Positions 39,301 through 47,660 of a stretch of DNA of 64,000 bases are shown piece after piece. A program made the translations under genes and the position numbers. Position 1 is the stretch's first letter; the number at the start of each line of letters is the position of its first letter. Under the pieces are notes generated by a model. It was not told where the DNA came from and made no database searches. It worked only from the letters and a program-made list of their open reading frames with translations. The DNA lies in IMG/VR virus record IMGVR_UViG_3300045988_139610; one strand, 5' to 3'. Source of the DNA: a virus.

Positions 39301-39650
39301 GTAGGTGTACCGTTAGGTCTCAATAAACTAAAATTGTACCCTGTTCCTCCACCTGCTTTTTGTGTTATAGCACCGTATTTAACATAATCAAATATTCCTT
39401 CCATGGAATCTGGTACTAAATTTAAAGTAAAACAATTATTAAGAGTCAATGTTTTCCCTATACCAGAATTACTCATAGTTCTTCCAGCAGGATAAAATAA
39501 TCCTTCTAACATAATTTTTTTAAATTCTTCACATTCTTTTTCATTAGTACTCACATATTTTGCCACTCTTTCTATAGACTCATTGAAAGATTCATTGTTT
39601 TTTCTATATCTATCTTCCCATATTTGTTTTGAAATTAAATTAGTTATCAT
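36306..39650 (-). CDS. nrdJ: Class II (B12-dependent) ribonucleotide reductase NrdJ, intein-containing precursor
   Basis: PAGRTMSNSG, GGGTGYNFSLLRPNG, SRRGANMGCL..HPDI and TTNPC..AEY match the NrdJ pattern. C-terminal Cys cluster CPECGEE..CLQCKC. Confidence 0.85.
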   Translation of the reverse strand: MITNLISKQIWEDRYRKNNESFNESIERVAKYVSTNEKECEEFKKIMLEGLFYPAGRTMSNSGIGKTLTLNNCFTLNLVPDSMEGIFDYVKYGAITQKAGGGTGYNFSLLRPNGTPTSNDAVASGVVSFMNAFDSQTHTVLQGSRRGANMGCLCIYHPDIYDFLESKSWDEGRLTHFNLSVLVDDNFMKAVENNQKIYLRYPCMSDYGEIINEESKWKTKKEVNAKELWDLIITKAYNTGEYGVLYYDNMNKNNNLYYMENIVTTNPCFTGDMKLLTQDGYKTLEELCNTEPLIYSYDGEITKGKVWCNGEKDTIKLKFSNGKEITCTPDHRFMTIDGEECKAKDLKSKKIMPKIYKTIKDDDLYIKLGFIQGDGQLSRLNSESHEGIEVNIGEKDGDVRYLFENDKYTVKSYREIYLQGYNDLLKKFQFSQEILPNRAMPKAYNEWDLNQKANFLQGCFSANGCVNSNKRVSYKTTCKEFATELINTLEKDFGITANLTINKKHMVEFKNGEYECRESYDVNINKYDDILIFAQFIGFYQTYKKIKLNKLIKSRVPYVRSIKDNGKKLVYDFTEPKNHWGIIEGYVAHNCAEYISGILYDDEGIKKDYMGACNLGSLFLHNFVIAPFTKDAKMDYDKLQKVINVAVRMLDNIIDINNYPLKQFENYQKNIRTIGLGITGLADTFAMLNMRYGSEESIKFTDELMNFISLNAYDTSCDLAKEKGSFNFLDKNKFVESNFIRKHIEKYPEWEKIKDKILFYGIRNGRLISVAPAGTLSLSYGNNCSSSLEPIFSLEYDRQIKIGGQDDENIEIFKMRDYVYEKWLEFNSEENIVDKNKFVTAMELSVDDHVNILSTVSYHVDMSCSKTINIPTEYSFEDTKDVYTKCWKNGISGCTIFRPNEIRKGILTIDNEKDNKEKEQLLRGEWEKRPESIIEIRRKIKSGCGSMTLHIGIIPTEKRIFDFYVTNSSKGGCALGIQNLAIAMSHDLRIGGNLKSLEKSFKGAGTCPSYVRAKGKGIEVSKGNSCGASILYCLLDVENDLQEEVLKELVDLNYYNHDKQKEIEENALTKEDLDYIKEYGETAFASRYHKCPECGEELSTVGSCLQCKCGFSKC
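37881..38849 (-). mobile_element. Intein with LAGLIDADG endonuclease domain (residues 268-590 of NrdJ)
   Basis: TTNP|CFTGDMKLL (block A), TCTPDH (block B), LGFIQGDGQL and FLQGCFSANGCV (LAGLIDADG x2), YVAHN|CAEY (HN plus the +1 Cys). Confidence 0.85.
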
Positions 39651-39675
39651 ATAACCACTCCTTTATTAATTATTT

Positions 39676-40443
39676 TTAATCTGTTATTTCAACTTCATAA
39701 GAATACATACCGTCATATAGCCTTTTAGGTATTAAGTCAAAGTAATAATCTGCTACTTCTTTAATATTCTTTTCTTTATAATATTTATATATTTCAAATC
39801 CTTTCTTTTGAGTTTCATAATAGCCTAAATATTCACATTTCGATTTTCCTGTTTCTGGATTAATCATATTACAACGTATTACATATTTACCATTTACAGG
39901 AGTTGTTCCTATCAGAGAATCACCTCTTGATTTATCACATTTAGTAAATAAACTATTGATTGTATGTGGCACAAAAATACAAGTTTCTGGACTATAAATT
40001 TTATTACCTTTAACTAATATATCTTTGTCCAAATGCATCCTTTCCCCTTCTACTTCATAATAATTTTCATAATACCATTTAGCGAAATTCTGAAAGTTAT
40101 GCCATTCATCACAAACTTCGCATCCAATGTAAGTCGGATTTCTTTTATGGAATTTATCAGAATAACATCTTTTTAGCATATCGTGCCAAACATCATAACA
40201 TTTTGTAGCCTTACTATTTTTACTTACTTTATATTTACCTTCCCCTAAATACCCCACTCCATATATACTTCTCTCATAAGGACATTTTATTTCACCTTTT
40301 TTAAAATTTCTATATGCTTTATTTTTAACCGTCCAATCATATTGAGGAAAATAAACGTCTATATCTATAGCCTTCCTATAATTAATAATTATCATCTCAC
40401 TTCCGAAGTTATTTATATTCTTTTCACCAGTTCTATCATTCAT
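39676..40443 (-). CDS. Free-standing HNH-like / AP2-domain homing endonuclease, paralog 1
   Basis: 255 aa. C-x2-C-x2-W-x-N-F and LDKDILVKGNKIYSPETC form an HNH-like core. C-terminal GTTPVNGKY...YLGYYETQKKGFEIY is AP2-like. About 60% alike by eye to ORFs 52481 and 56088. Confidence 0.55.
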   Translation of the reverse strand: MNDRTGEKNINNFGSEMIIINYRKAIDIDVYFPQYDWTVKNKAYRNFKKGEIKCPYERSIYGVGYLGEGKYKVSKNSKATKCYDVWHDMLKRCYSDKFHKRNPTYIGCEVCDEWHNFQNFAKWYYENYYEVEGERMHLDKDILVKGNKIYSPETCIFVPHTINSLFTKCDKSRGDSLIGTTPVNGKYVIRCNMINPETGKSKCEYLGYYETQKKGFEIYKYYKEKNIKEVADYYFDLIPKRLYDGMYSYEVEITD

Positions 40444-40454
40444 ATTATCACCTC

Positions 40455-40498
40455 CTTCATATTACTATATTAACAAAACTTTTATAAAAATTACCTAT
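40455..40498 (-). promoter_or_regulatory. 45-bp promoter-like element, copy 4
   Basis: Minus strand: TATAGGTAATTTTTATAAAAGTTTTGTTAATATAGTAATATGAAGG. Confidence 0.55.
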
Positions 40499-40502
40499 AA
40501 AT

Positions 40503-40883
40503 TTAATTATTTATATACCAAACACCGAATATTTCTTTAAGACTAAACATACTACACTCATTCCATTTATTATATTCTGTATCAAAATAATGTACATTTT
40601 CATTCCCTTTGGGGGACATTACATACTTTATTTCACTATAACAGCTTTCTATCTCTTTCCCTTCTTTTAAGGCTTTCATAGCCTCCTCAAAAGTATATTT
40701 TTTCTTGTCTAATACAAATATGTCATCTAACATTACACCAATTTTTTCAAACTCACCATTAAATTTAAAATGTATAACATTTGAAGATTTTTCTATTTTC
40801 GCCAATCTTCTATCATCATATTTATTAATCCATGTTTCACCTTCTTTAATTGTATTCATTACCTCTTGAAATGTTTTCTCCAT
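40503..40883 (-). CDS. Hypothetical protein with two F-x-E-x-M-x-x-hydrophobic-KEG half-repeats (possibly DUF2829-like)
   Basis: Likely starts at MEKTFQEVMNTIKEGETW, behind AAAGGAGGAGA. The second half reads YTFEEAMKALKEGKEI...SLKEIFGVWYI. Confidence 0.3.
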   Translation of the reverse strand: MEKTFQEVMNTIKEGETWINKYDDRRLAKIEKSSNVIHFKFNGEFEKIGVMLDDIFVLDKKKYTFEEAMKALKEGKEIESCYSEIKYVMSPKGNENVHYFDTEYNKWNECSMFSLKEIFGVWYINN

Positions 40884-40896
40884 AATATCTCCTCCT

Positions 40897-41361
40897 TTAA
40901 TATAAATTAATAACACCATAATCAATAAACATATTTTCTGGTTCTTTATTGATTATTTTCTTTGCCTTATCTAAATCAATCTCTTTGAATTTATTATAAT
41001 TCATATCAAATAATACACAGCTATACTTTAAATGATATGTTAATTCTAAATATTTCTCATATGATATTACTCTAAATTGTAAATGTATGTTTATATCTAA
41101 ATTATCAAAATAAAATTTTAATACAACTAAATAAAAATCTTTACATTTAATTTTATCATACGATAATGATGTTTCAAATGTATTAATAGCAGTCAATAAC
41201 TTATCTAACATAATATCTATATTTCTATCTGATACAACTAGAATTATATTTGTTAAATCAATTAAATTACAATATTCACTTTCTATATTAAATTTCCAGC
41301 AATTTAATAAATCATGTATTGTATCTATTGTTTCTGTTTTATTCCTTTGTATTACATCCAA
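40897..41361 (-). CDS. Hypothetical protein
   Basis: 154-aa ORF with a TTG start just after promoter copy 5. Confidence 0.45.
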   Translation of the reverse strand: MDVIQRNKTETIDTIHDLLNCWKFNIESEYCNLIDLTNIILVVSDRNIDIMLDKLLTAINTFETSLSYDKIKCKDFYLVVLKFYFDNLDINIHLQFRVISYEKYLELTYHLKYSCVLFDMNYNKFKEIDLDKAKKIINKEPENMFIDYGVINLY

Positions 41362-41372
41362 TTTACATCACC

Positions 41373-41418
41373 CCTTATATTTAATATATTAACAATTAAT
41401 GAGTAAAAATTACCTATG
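41373..41418 (-). promoter_or_regulatory. 45-bp promoter-like element, copy 5
   Basis: Minus strand: CATAGGTAATTTTTACTCATTAATTGTTAATATATTAAATATAAGG. Confidence 0.55.
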
Positions 41419-41486
41419 AATTTGAATTTTTATTATTGTCACTTTGAATTTATGAATGTAATGAATAAATGAAAAAGTGAAGAGGA

Positions 41487-41517
41487 AAGAGTTTAATCGG
41501 TTTTAAATTAAACTCTT
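41487..41517 (-). terminator. Hairpin terminator after the P-loop/tdk/MTase operon
   Basis: 11-bp stem AAGAGTTTAAT / ATTAAACTCTT with a 9-nt loop, then TCCTCTTCACTTTTT on the minus strand. Confidence 0.5.
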
Positions 41518-41638
41518 GACGAATAGCTCCCTATATAATACTTTTTTATAAGAGATAACTATTTTTAATATTGAAATATCATAATTTTATCGTATTATTT
41601 TAAAAGTGTATTTTTAATTTTGTTGCTTTTTATCTTAA

Positions 41639-42847
41639 TTATTGTTGTAACCAATTTTCTAATAAATTTCTCATTCTTTTAGATGGTATATAAATATTAA
41701 TTTTCTTTCCATCTCTTAACTGTGACCTAAATATCCATTGAATCAATTCTGATAATGCAAATGTATTCTCATCGACTTTAACGTCTTTACTCCTAAAGAA
41801 TTTTAATATCATTGGATTATTGAATATGTTTACTATATATGCTAAATTTTTCTTATGTCTATATTCATTAGTTGCTCTAGCATTACAGCTTACGAAACCT
41901 TTAGTGTATCCTTTACCTTTACATTTAGATTTATAATCTTTAAATGTAGTCCACATATTTTCTTGACTTTTTGATTTTACTTTATGTTGAAAATAATTTA
42001 GTATATTATTTTTTAATACATCAAATCCATCTCCCTTGCTTTCATCTTGTTTCATATACCAAGATTTACTTAACGCATATTTATCTTCACCTATTTTATT
42101 TAACTTTTTATCGTCACATATATTTACTAATTCTTTTATATGAGATAAATCTTCATGTTTATTATAATCCACAATTTCATATTTGTTATTAATTTTATTC
42201 ACTGATTTATATTCATACTCGACATTATTCATATCGTAATAATACCTTTGTATTTGCCCTGTAAACATATAAGTTAAGATATAAGTGTGCTTTAAAGCTC
42301 TCATAATAGAGACTGGGAAAGTCCATAATATAAAGCAATTATCATATATGTAACAATCTCCTTTTTCAATTGCATTTTTATATTTAAATAATGTCCCTTT
42401 GTAATTTTTATCAATCCATGTTAACTTACCATCTTCAGATACATCAACTTTATCTCTAAGCAATATTTCTCTATCTGATTTAGTTATTTTTATTTCTTCT
42501 AAAACATTAAATACCTCGTCAAGTATTAAAGTGTAATTATACTCTTTTAGATATTTCAAAGTGCTTTCATCTATCATAGCAAATAGTGAATGCGTGGATA
42601 CGATATTCTTACCTTGACTTAACAATTTGTTAAAGTCTTTTAATTTAGAACCTTCACCTCTGTCTGTTTTAGGTTCATAGAAAGCTCTATCTACACACCC
42701 ATCTAACACTCTTTGTATTTCATCTAAATAAGGTGTAATGTAAATAAATTTTTTATTTGTGTTTGTATTCATATAATCGATTGCCCAGCTTGTTTTACCT
42801 GCTCCTGGTATGCAATCAACTACTGTTACTTTGCATTGATTTTCCAT
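41639..42847 (-). CDS. P-loop NTPase, helicase-like
   Basis: Walker A CIPGAGKTS and Walker B TLILDEVF. No further family assignment is possible by eye. Confidence 0.45.
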   Translation of the reverse strand: MENQCKVTVVDCIPGAGKTSWAIDYMNTNTNKKFIYITPYLDEIQRVLDGCVDRAFYEPKTDRGEGSKLKDFNKLLSQGKNIVSTHSLFAMIDESTLKYLKEYNYTLILDEVFNVLEEIKITKSDREILLRDKVDVSEDGKLTWIDKNYKGTLFKYKNAIEKGDCYIYDNCFILWTFPVSIMRALKHTYILTYMFTGQIQRYYYDMNNVEYEYKSVNKINNKYEIVDYNKHEDLSHIKELVNICDDKKLNKIGEDKYALSKSWYMKQDESKGDGFDVLKNNILNYFQHKVKSKSQENMWTTFKDYKSKCKGKGYTKGFVSCNARATNEYRHKKNLAYIVNIFNNPMILKFFRSKDVKVDENTFALSELIQWIFRSQLRDGKKINIYIPSKRMRNLLENWLQQ

Positions 42848-42851
42848 AATA

Positions 42852-43436
42852 TTACTCTCCTTTATTAATTATTTTTTCTTTTTCAAAGCAATGTTTACAC
42901 ATGGACTTATATCTTTCATTACCGCCTATTTCGATTTGTTCTCCGTCTAGAAGTATTTCTCCGTTTTCGTTTATGCGTGCGTTTATTGTTGCCTTTTTGC
43001 CACATGCACAAACTGTTTTTAACTCTCTAATATCGTCAGCTAATTCAAATAATGCTTTACTTCCTTCAAAGAAGCATTGTCTAAAGTCTGTTTTTAATCC
43101 GAAGCAAACTACTGTATATTTAAGAGAGATTTCGTATAATTCTCTTACTTGTTTTTGTGTTAAAAATTGAGCTTCGTCGACCATTATTATAGTTTGTTGT
43201 TGAAAACTATCTGTAAAATTAAAATCTTTATCAATTAACTCACATTCTGTTTCTAAGCCTATCCTTGAAGAAATTGTATTTCCCCTTTTATTAGTTTTAA
43301 AACTCTTTCTAGTATCTAACGAAGGTTTATATACTATTACTTTATACCCTGCTTTTTCATAATTATATTTCCAAGTGAGAAGTTGTAAACTTTTACCAGA
43401 CCCCATTGTACCATAACAAAATATTAATTTACTCAT
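42852..43436 (-). CDS. tdk: Thymidine kinase
   Basis: YGTMGSGKSLQLL P-loop, VDEAQFL, and a C-terminal C-x-C-G...C-x2-C zinc motif. Confidence 0.85.
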   Translation of the reverse strand: MSKLIFCYGTMGSGKSLQLLTWKYNYEKAGYKVIVYKPSLDTRKSFKTNKRGNTISSRIGLETECELIDKDFNFTDSFQQQTIIMVDEAQFLTQKQVRELYEISLKYTVVCFGLKTDFRQCFFEGSKALFELADDIRELKTVCACGKKATINARINENGEILLDGEQIEIGGNERYKSMCKHCFEKEKIINKGE

Positions 43437-43451
43437 TTTGTTCCTCCTTTA

Positions 43452-44492
43452 TTAATTATTTTTTAATAATAAATTTACAAATAATTCTTCCAAAACATTA
43501 ACAACTATACTATTTCCTGCTTGTTTATATAGTTGAGTATCACTAATTTTATTTTCTTTTAATTTAAAATAATCTTTATCGTCAAATCCCATCAATCTAA
43601 AACATTCTAGTGGTGTCAGCCTTCTTATATCATAGTTATTTATTTCATTAATTTTTTCTAATAAATCATTACTTGATAAAAATTTATTAGTATATTCTAT
43701 ATATTCATATGGTAAATCTATATCAATAATATAATTGTCGTCCATTCTACTTCCCGCTTTAGTAGTTAAAGTATATGCTATATTGGCATTCTTTTTAACA
43801 TGAGGTCTAAACTTAAATGTATTTCCTTTTTGTTCCTGTTTAAAACTATTATTTATATAAAAATCTTTTGTTTTTAATAAATTATATTTTTTATCTACAT
43901 TTTCTTCTAACAAGTCTTTTAATGTTATGGTAAGTTCTTTTTCTTCTGGAAATTCATAAGGTTTATGTTTACCTAATACACTTATACAATATATTCGTCT
44001 TCTATTTTGAGGAATTCCATAATCTATAGCGTTTAATACTTTATAATAAGATGTATATCCTATCTCTTCTAATACGTCGATATATTTTTGAAAATTATGT
44101 ATATGTTTTTTATGTAACACATTCCTTACGTTTTCCCAAATAACATATTTTGGTTTACAATGTTTTATTATCTCAACGCTATTCCACATCAAACTACTTT
44201 TTGTTCCACTACCTTCGTCAGCTCCATCTTGTGCCCCTACACTTGAAAAGCTTTGACAAGGTGACCCATGTGTTATAATATCTATATTTTTGGGCAAATC
44301 AAATATGTTTATTTTTGTTATATCTTTTAAATTTAATTCTTCTGATACGTTATGTATTATACTATAAGATTTACTGGCAAATTTATCTATTTCACAATAA
44401 TTAACCAATTCATAATCAACACCTATATTGTTCAATGCTTTTTCAAAAGCACCTATCCCACTAAATAAACTTAACATCCTCAACTTTTCCAT
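43452..44492 (-). CDS. DNA cytosine-5 methyltransferase
   Basis: Motifs LFSGIGAF (I), GSPCQSFS (IV), ENV (VI), QNRRRIY (VIII) and AGNSI (X). Confidence 0.9.
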   Translation of the reverse strand: MEKLRMLSLFSGIGAFEKALNNIGVDYELVNYCEIDKFASKSYSIIHNVSEELNLKDITKINIFDLPKNIDIITHGSPCQSFSSVGAQDGADEGSGTKSSLMWNSVEIIKHCKPKYVIWENVRNVLHKKHIHNFQKYIDVLEEIGYTSYYKVLNAIDYGIPQNRRRIYCISVLGKHKPYEFPEEKELTITLKDLLEENVDKKYNLLKTKDFYINNSFKQEQKGNTFKFRPHVKKNANIAYTLTTKAGSRMDDNYIIDIDLPYEYIEYTNKFLSSNDLLEKINEINNYDIRRLTPLECFRLMGFDDKDYFKLKENKISDTQLYKQAGNSIVVNVLEELFVNLLLKNN

Positions 44493-44520
44493 AATATTAC
44501 CTCCTTTTAATTTATTATAT

Positions 44521-44564
44521 CTTATATTACAGTATTAACATAACTTACTTAAAAATTACCTATG
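44521..44564 (-). promoter_or_regulatory. 45-bp promoter-like element, copy 6
   Basis: Minus strand: CATAGGTAATTTTTAAGTAAGTTATGTTAATACTGTAATATAAGA. Confidence 0.55.
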
Positions 44565-44609
44565 GATGAAAATTATTTTATTAATTATTTTCATCGCCCT
44601 ATATTAATA

Positions 44610-44637
44610 AGTATACCATATTGTAAAAATTTGTCAA
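44610..44637 (-). promoter_or_regulatory. Sigma-A type promoter TTGACA-16-TATACT
   Basis: On the minus strand, TTGACA (44637-44632), a 16-nt spacer, then TATACT (44615-44610). Lies upstream of promoter copy 6 and the C5-MTase gene. Confidence 0.5.
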
Positions 44638-44649
44638 TACTTTTTTAAA

Positions 44650-44683
44650 TAAAAAATCACCACCTTTTTACAGATGGTGATGA
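44650..44683 (-). terminator. Rho-independent terminator after the DGQHR gene
   Basis: Minus strand: ATCACCA-tctgtaaaaagg-TGGTGAT followed by TTTTTTATTT. Confidence 0.65.
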
Positions 44684-44685
44684 AA

Positions 44686-45810
44686 TTATAAATTACTATA
44701 AAACTCTTGTTTAAACACCCTTATCATTAATGCTCTTGATTGTTTAGTGTTAATTGTGATATAAGTTTCTTTTCCTTCTTTAATTATGCAATCCCAAATA
44801 CTATTAGACTTTGAAAAATCTATTTCTTCTAAAGCTTTCAATTCTTCTTTCCACTTGCCAGATTTTCGCTTCATGTATAAATCTTCTGCTAGTGATATAT
44901 AAGCATGGAACATAATATCTTCACATTCTAATGATTCTTTTCTAATTAATATACGTCCTTCTCCATCTTTCATGTGGGGGAATAAACAAAATAGTTCATT
45001 GAAAAATGAAGATAAAAACATATATATTTCCTTCTCTTCTGATTCATTTTTAATTGAGGGGAACGATTCATCTATTGCCATTTTTAGGGTATTAAAAGTT
45101 ACTATGTGTTCCATATCATCTTTGCTTACGCTATTTTTTCTTACGTCAATCATGCCTTTAAGAACAGAATGTTCATTTAACCTTAATATGATTCGGTTGC
45201 TAGCTTTAGTGCTGTCAAAACTCTCGGCTAAAGATTTACTTATTTTTAATCCTTTAGACATTTGAGAAAACACAATCTTGGCTTTAGAATCACTGTAATG
45301 AGTTAACATAATTGGAAATATAGTATTTTTCACATTCTTAATTAATTCTTCATCGCCAAGTATTTGAGAAGATTTATAAGCTCGGTAACATGCTTTAACT
45401 CTATGATTTCCGTCTAATAAAGCTATGCTTCCTTTAATAAAAAGTTCTCTTTTATCTTTATTATAATTAATTAATCCTTTACCATTATTAAGCACATTGA
45501 ATGTTAATTGAGTAGTTCCTAGTTGCCCTTTTAATATTAAATTCTGCATTTCTAATATGTTTGATTGTTTTGTTATTGTTTCTTCTTTTATTTTATTATT
45601 AATTTTTTTATATTTCACTCCACGTTGAGTAGGAATGTAATATGTCAATTCCTCTTTATCCCACATTCTACCGATTTCTTCTGCTGATAGGTGTGTAAGA
45701 TATTTGTTATTGCCTAAATCTATTACATCTTTAAAAGTTTTAAGTACGAAAAATTCTTTTTCATTTTCTTTATAAATATTATTTTTATTTATAATTTTCA
45801 CATTAATCAC
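44686..45810 (-). CDS. DGQHR-domain (DndB/ParB-like) protein
   Basis: IALLDGNHRVKACYRAY resembles the DGQHR signature of the DndB-like ParB/Srx fold. PTQRG lies upstream of it. The start may be GTG 45810 or GTG 45801. Confidence 0.45.
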   Translation of the reverse strand: MINVKIINKNNIYKENEKEFFVLKTFKDVIDLGNNKYLTHLSAEEIGRMWDKEELTYYIPTQRGVKYKKINNKIKEETITKQSNILEMQNLILKGQLGTTQLTFNVLNNGKGLINYNKDKRELFIKGSIALLDGNHRVKACYRAYKSSQILGDEELIKNVKNTIFPIMLTHYSDSKAKIVFSQMSKGLKISKSLAESFDSTKASNRIILRLNEHSVLKGMIDVRKNSVSKDDMEHIVTFNTLKMAIDESFPSIKNESEEKEIYMFLSSFFNELFCLFPHMKDGEGRILIRKESLECEDIMFHAYISLAEDLYMKRKSGKWKEELKALEEIDFSKSNSIWDCIIKEGKETYITINTKQSRALMIRVFKQEFYSNL

Positions 45811-45821
45811 CTCTTATATAA

Positions 45822-45850
45822 ATGATAACATATAAGATGATTAATGTCAA
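45822..45850 (-). promoter_or_regulatory. Sigma-A type promoter TTGACA-17-TATCAT
   Basis: Minus strand: TTGACATTAATCATCTTATATGTTATCAT, directly upstream of the RBS of the DGQHR gene. Confidence 0.55.
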
Positions 45851-45871
45851 TACTATCTTTAAATTTATTAA

Positions 45872-46607
45872 TTATTTTCTTTTATAATTTTTATAATACT
45901 CCTTCTTTATTTCTTTTTTCTTTTTCAATATTCTGACTCTGCTATACTCTACTTGCTCCTTGTCTATTTCACTTGCAATGTAATAAATATTTTCATTAAT
46001 TGTTGCTAAACATGTACTCCCAGTCCCACAAAACGTGTCAAAGACAATTCCTCTTTTTTTCACATACATATTTAATAATTCTTTTACTAATTCAGTTGAA
46101 AATACATGATGATTAAATGTTTTAACTCCTTTGTCTCTAACTGGTGCATTAATTATATTAGATATATTAGTATATGTTTTTTGTCCGTTCTCTCTGTGGC
46201 TTTTAACCTTTTTGTTAGTCTTGTAAGTTTTGAATTCATTCTTTCTGCAAAATAAATGTATTTGTGATACATTTTTTGTTGATTGATTACAACTCATATT
46301 ATCTGGTAAAATACCAACTTTATTCCAATATATAATGTCACCTAATTGAAATTCTGTATTCATTTCTATTTCATTTATTATTTGGAATATTTCACTTGGT
46401 TTCTTTCTGTTATATGGGATTTCAATTAATATTGTTCCATTATCTACTAATATTTTATCAAACTGTTGAAATAGATTTATGTAGTCCTCCTTAGATAAGT
46501 TAGGGAGGACTTTGAGTCAGTATAACATCTACTTTGAAATTTTCTTCAACCATTTGTTCCATTAGAGAAAAACAATCTGTATTATATATTACATTTTTTT
46601 CAATCAT
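45872..46607 (-). pseudogene. N6/N4 DNA methyltransferase (beta class) interrupted by a frameshift at the (S)PPY motif
   Basis: ATG 46607 behind AAAGGAGA gives MIEKNVIYNTDCFSLMEQMVEENFKVDVILTQSPP-TAA. The +1 frame continues NLSKEDYINLFQQFDKILVDNGTILIEI...HHVFSTEL...VFDTFCGTGSTCLA (motif I) down to 45872. Confidence 0.65.
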
Positions 46608-46624
46608 ATCATTCTCCTTTTATA

Positions 46625-47359
46625 TTAATCTCTTTTTTTTGGACTTCCACAATTCATTTTACCTTCTGGACAAGACCCATATTGACAAGGTGCTCCTATT
46701 TTACTAAATAACAATGGTGCTTCTTCTCTGCATATTTCTAACATTTTCTCTGCAAGTTCTCTAATTTCTTCTTGTGCTCTATTACAACATCTTTTACTAA
46801 AGAAATTATATAAACTTCTAACATTCATTGTAACTATTATTTTAGTTTCTGAAGCATTAGGTAAAACATATCTTGCATTTTCATTAGCCACTTTAGTTGA
46901 ATTCATGCCATAAGTAGGATAATCATTTTCTTCAACATATTGTTTTATATTTTTTTGCCATTTTAAGTACATAGCATGAATTGAGTGCATATCATTTTCG
47001 TATTCTTTAACATAATCTTCTCCCATTTCTTTAATTATGCTAGGAGTTATAAATTCAAATTTACCTTCTTCTTCCTTAACATATCTTTGAGATTGTTGAC
47101 TGTAAGATGCTATTCTATGTCTTACTAATTGATGAGTTAAAGCTCTACTAACACCTTCCACTGCAAATGAAAAACTACAATGTTCTAATGGAGACTCATG
47201 TCCCATATCTATTAATCTTTTTATAAAACCTTGTATTTTATCTTCTGTTAAACCTTCTTCTAATTCGTCTATACCTACAGGACTATAACATAATTTACCT
47301 GCCATAGCTATAACTTCTTCTACATTTCCATATTTCCCAATTAATTTTACTTTCATCAT
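46625..47359 (-). CDS. thyX: FAD-dependent thymidylate synthase ThyX
   Basis: The ThyX signature RHRIASYSQQSQRY is present. Confidence 0.85.
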   Translation of the reverse strand: MMKVKLIGKYGNVEEVIAMAGKLCYSPVGIDELEEGLTEDKIQGFIKRLIDMGHESPLEHCSFSFAVEGVSRALTHQLVRHRIASYSQQSQRYVKEEEGKFEFITPSIIKEMGEDYVKEYENDMHSIHAMYLKWQKNIKQYVEENDYPTYGMNSTKVANENARYVLPNASETKIIVTMNVRSLYNFFSKRCCNRAQEEIRELAEKMLEICREEAPLLFSKIGAPCQYGSCPEGKMNCGSPKKRD

Positions 47360-47392
47360 ATTATCATTCTCCTTTTTTATTAATTATTTTTA

Positions 47393-47644
47393 TTATATTC
47401 TATCTAACATTTCTTGCATAACTTTTATTGAATCTTCTAAGAATTTTTTATCTACCAAATCTATATTTATATAATCTGGTACAGTAATTACGTCTCCTTT
47501 GAATATTTTCCTAACACGATTATGAAAATCTGAAAGTTCTTCGTCCGTAGCTATTGGTTCTCCGTCAATTGTTTTATATCTAAATAAAAGTATATCTCCT
47601 TCTTTTGGCTTTAATACGTTTATTTCGTATTCTAATTTATCCAT
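47393..47644 (-). CDS. Hypothetical protein
   Basis: Likely starts at MDKLEYEINV, behind AAAGGAGGA. Confidence 0.45.
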   Translation of the reverse strand: MDKLEYEINVLKPKEGDILLFRYKTIDGEPIATDEELSDFHNRVRKIFKGDVITVPDYINIDLVDKKFLEDSIKVMQEMLDRI

Positions 47645-47660
47645 AATAAATCCTCCTTTA

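Noticed and set aside
41487-41545. A plus-strand promoter TTGACG...TATAAT overlapping the hairpin at 41487-41517.
   Set aside because: The spacer between TTGACG and TATAAT is only about 12 nt, and no plus-strand gene follows. The hairpin makes sense as the minus-strand terminator of the upstream operon.
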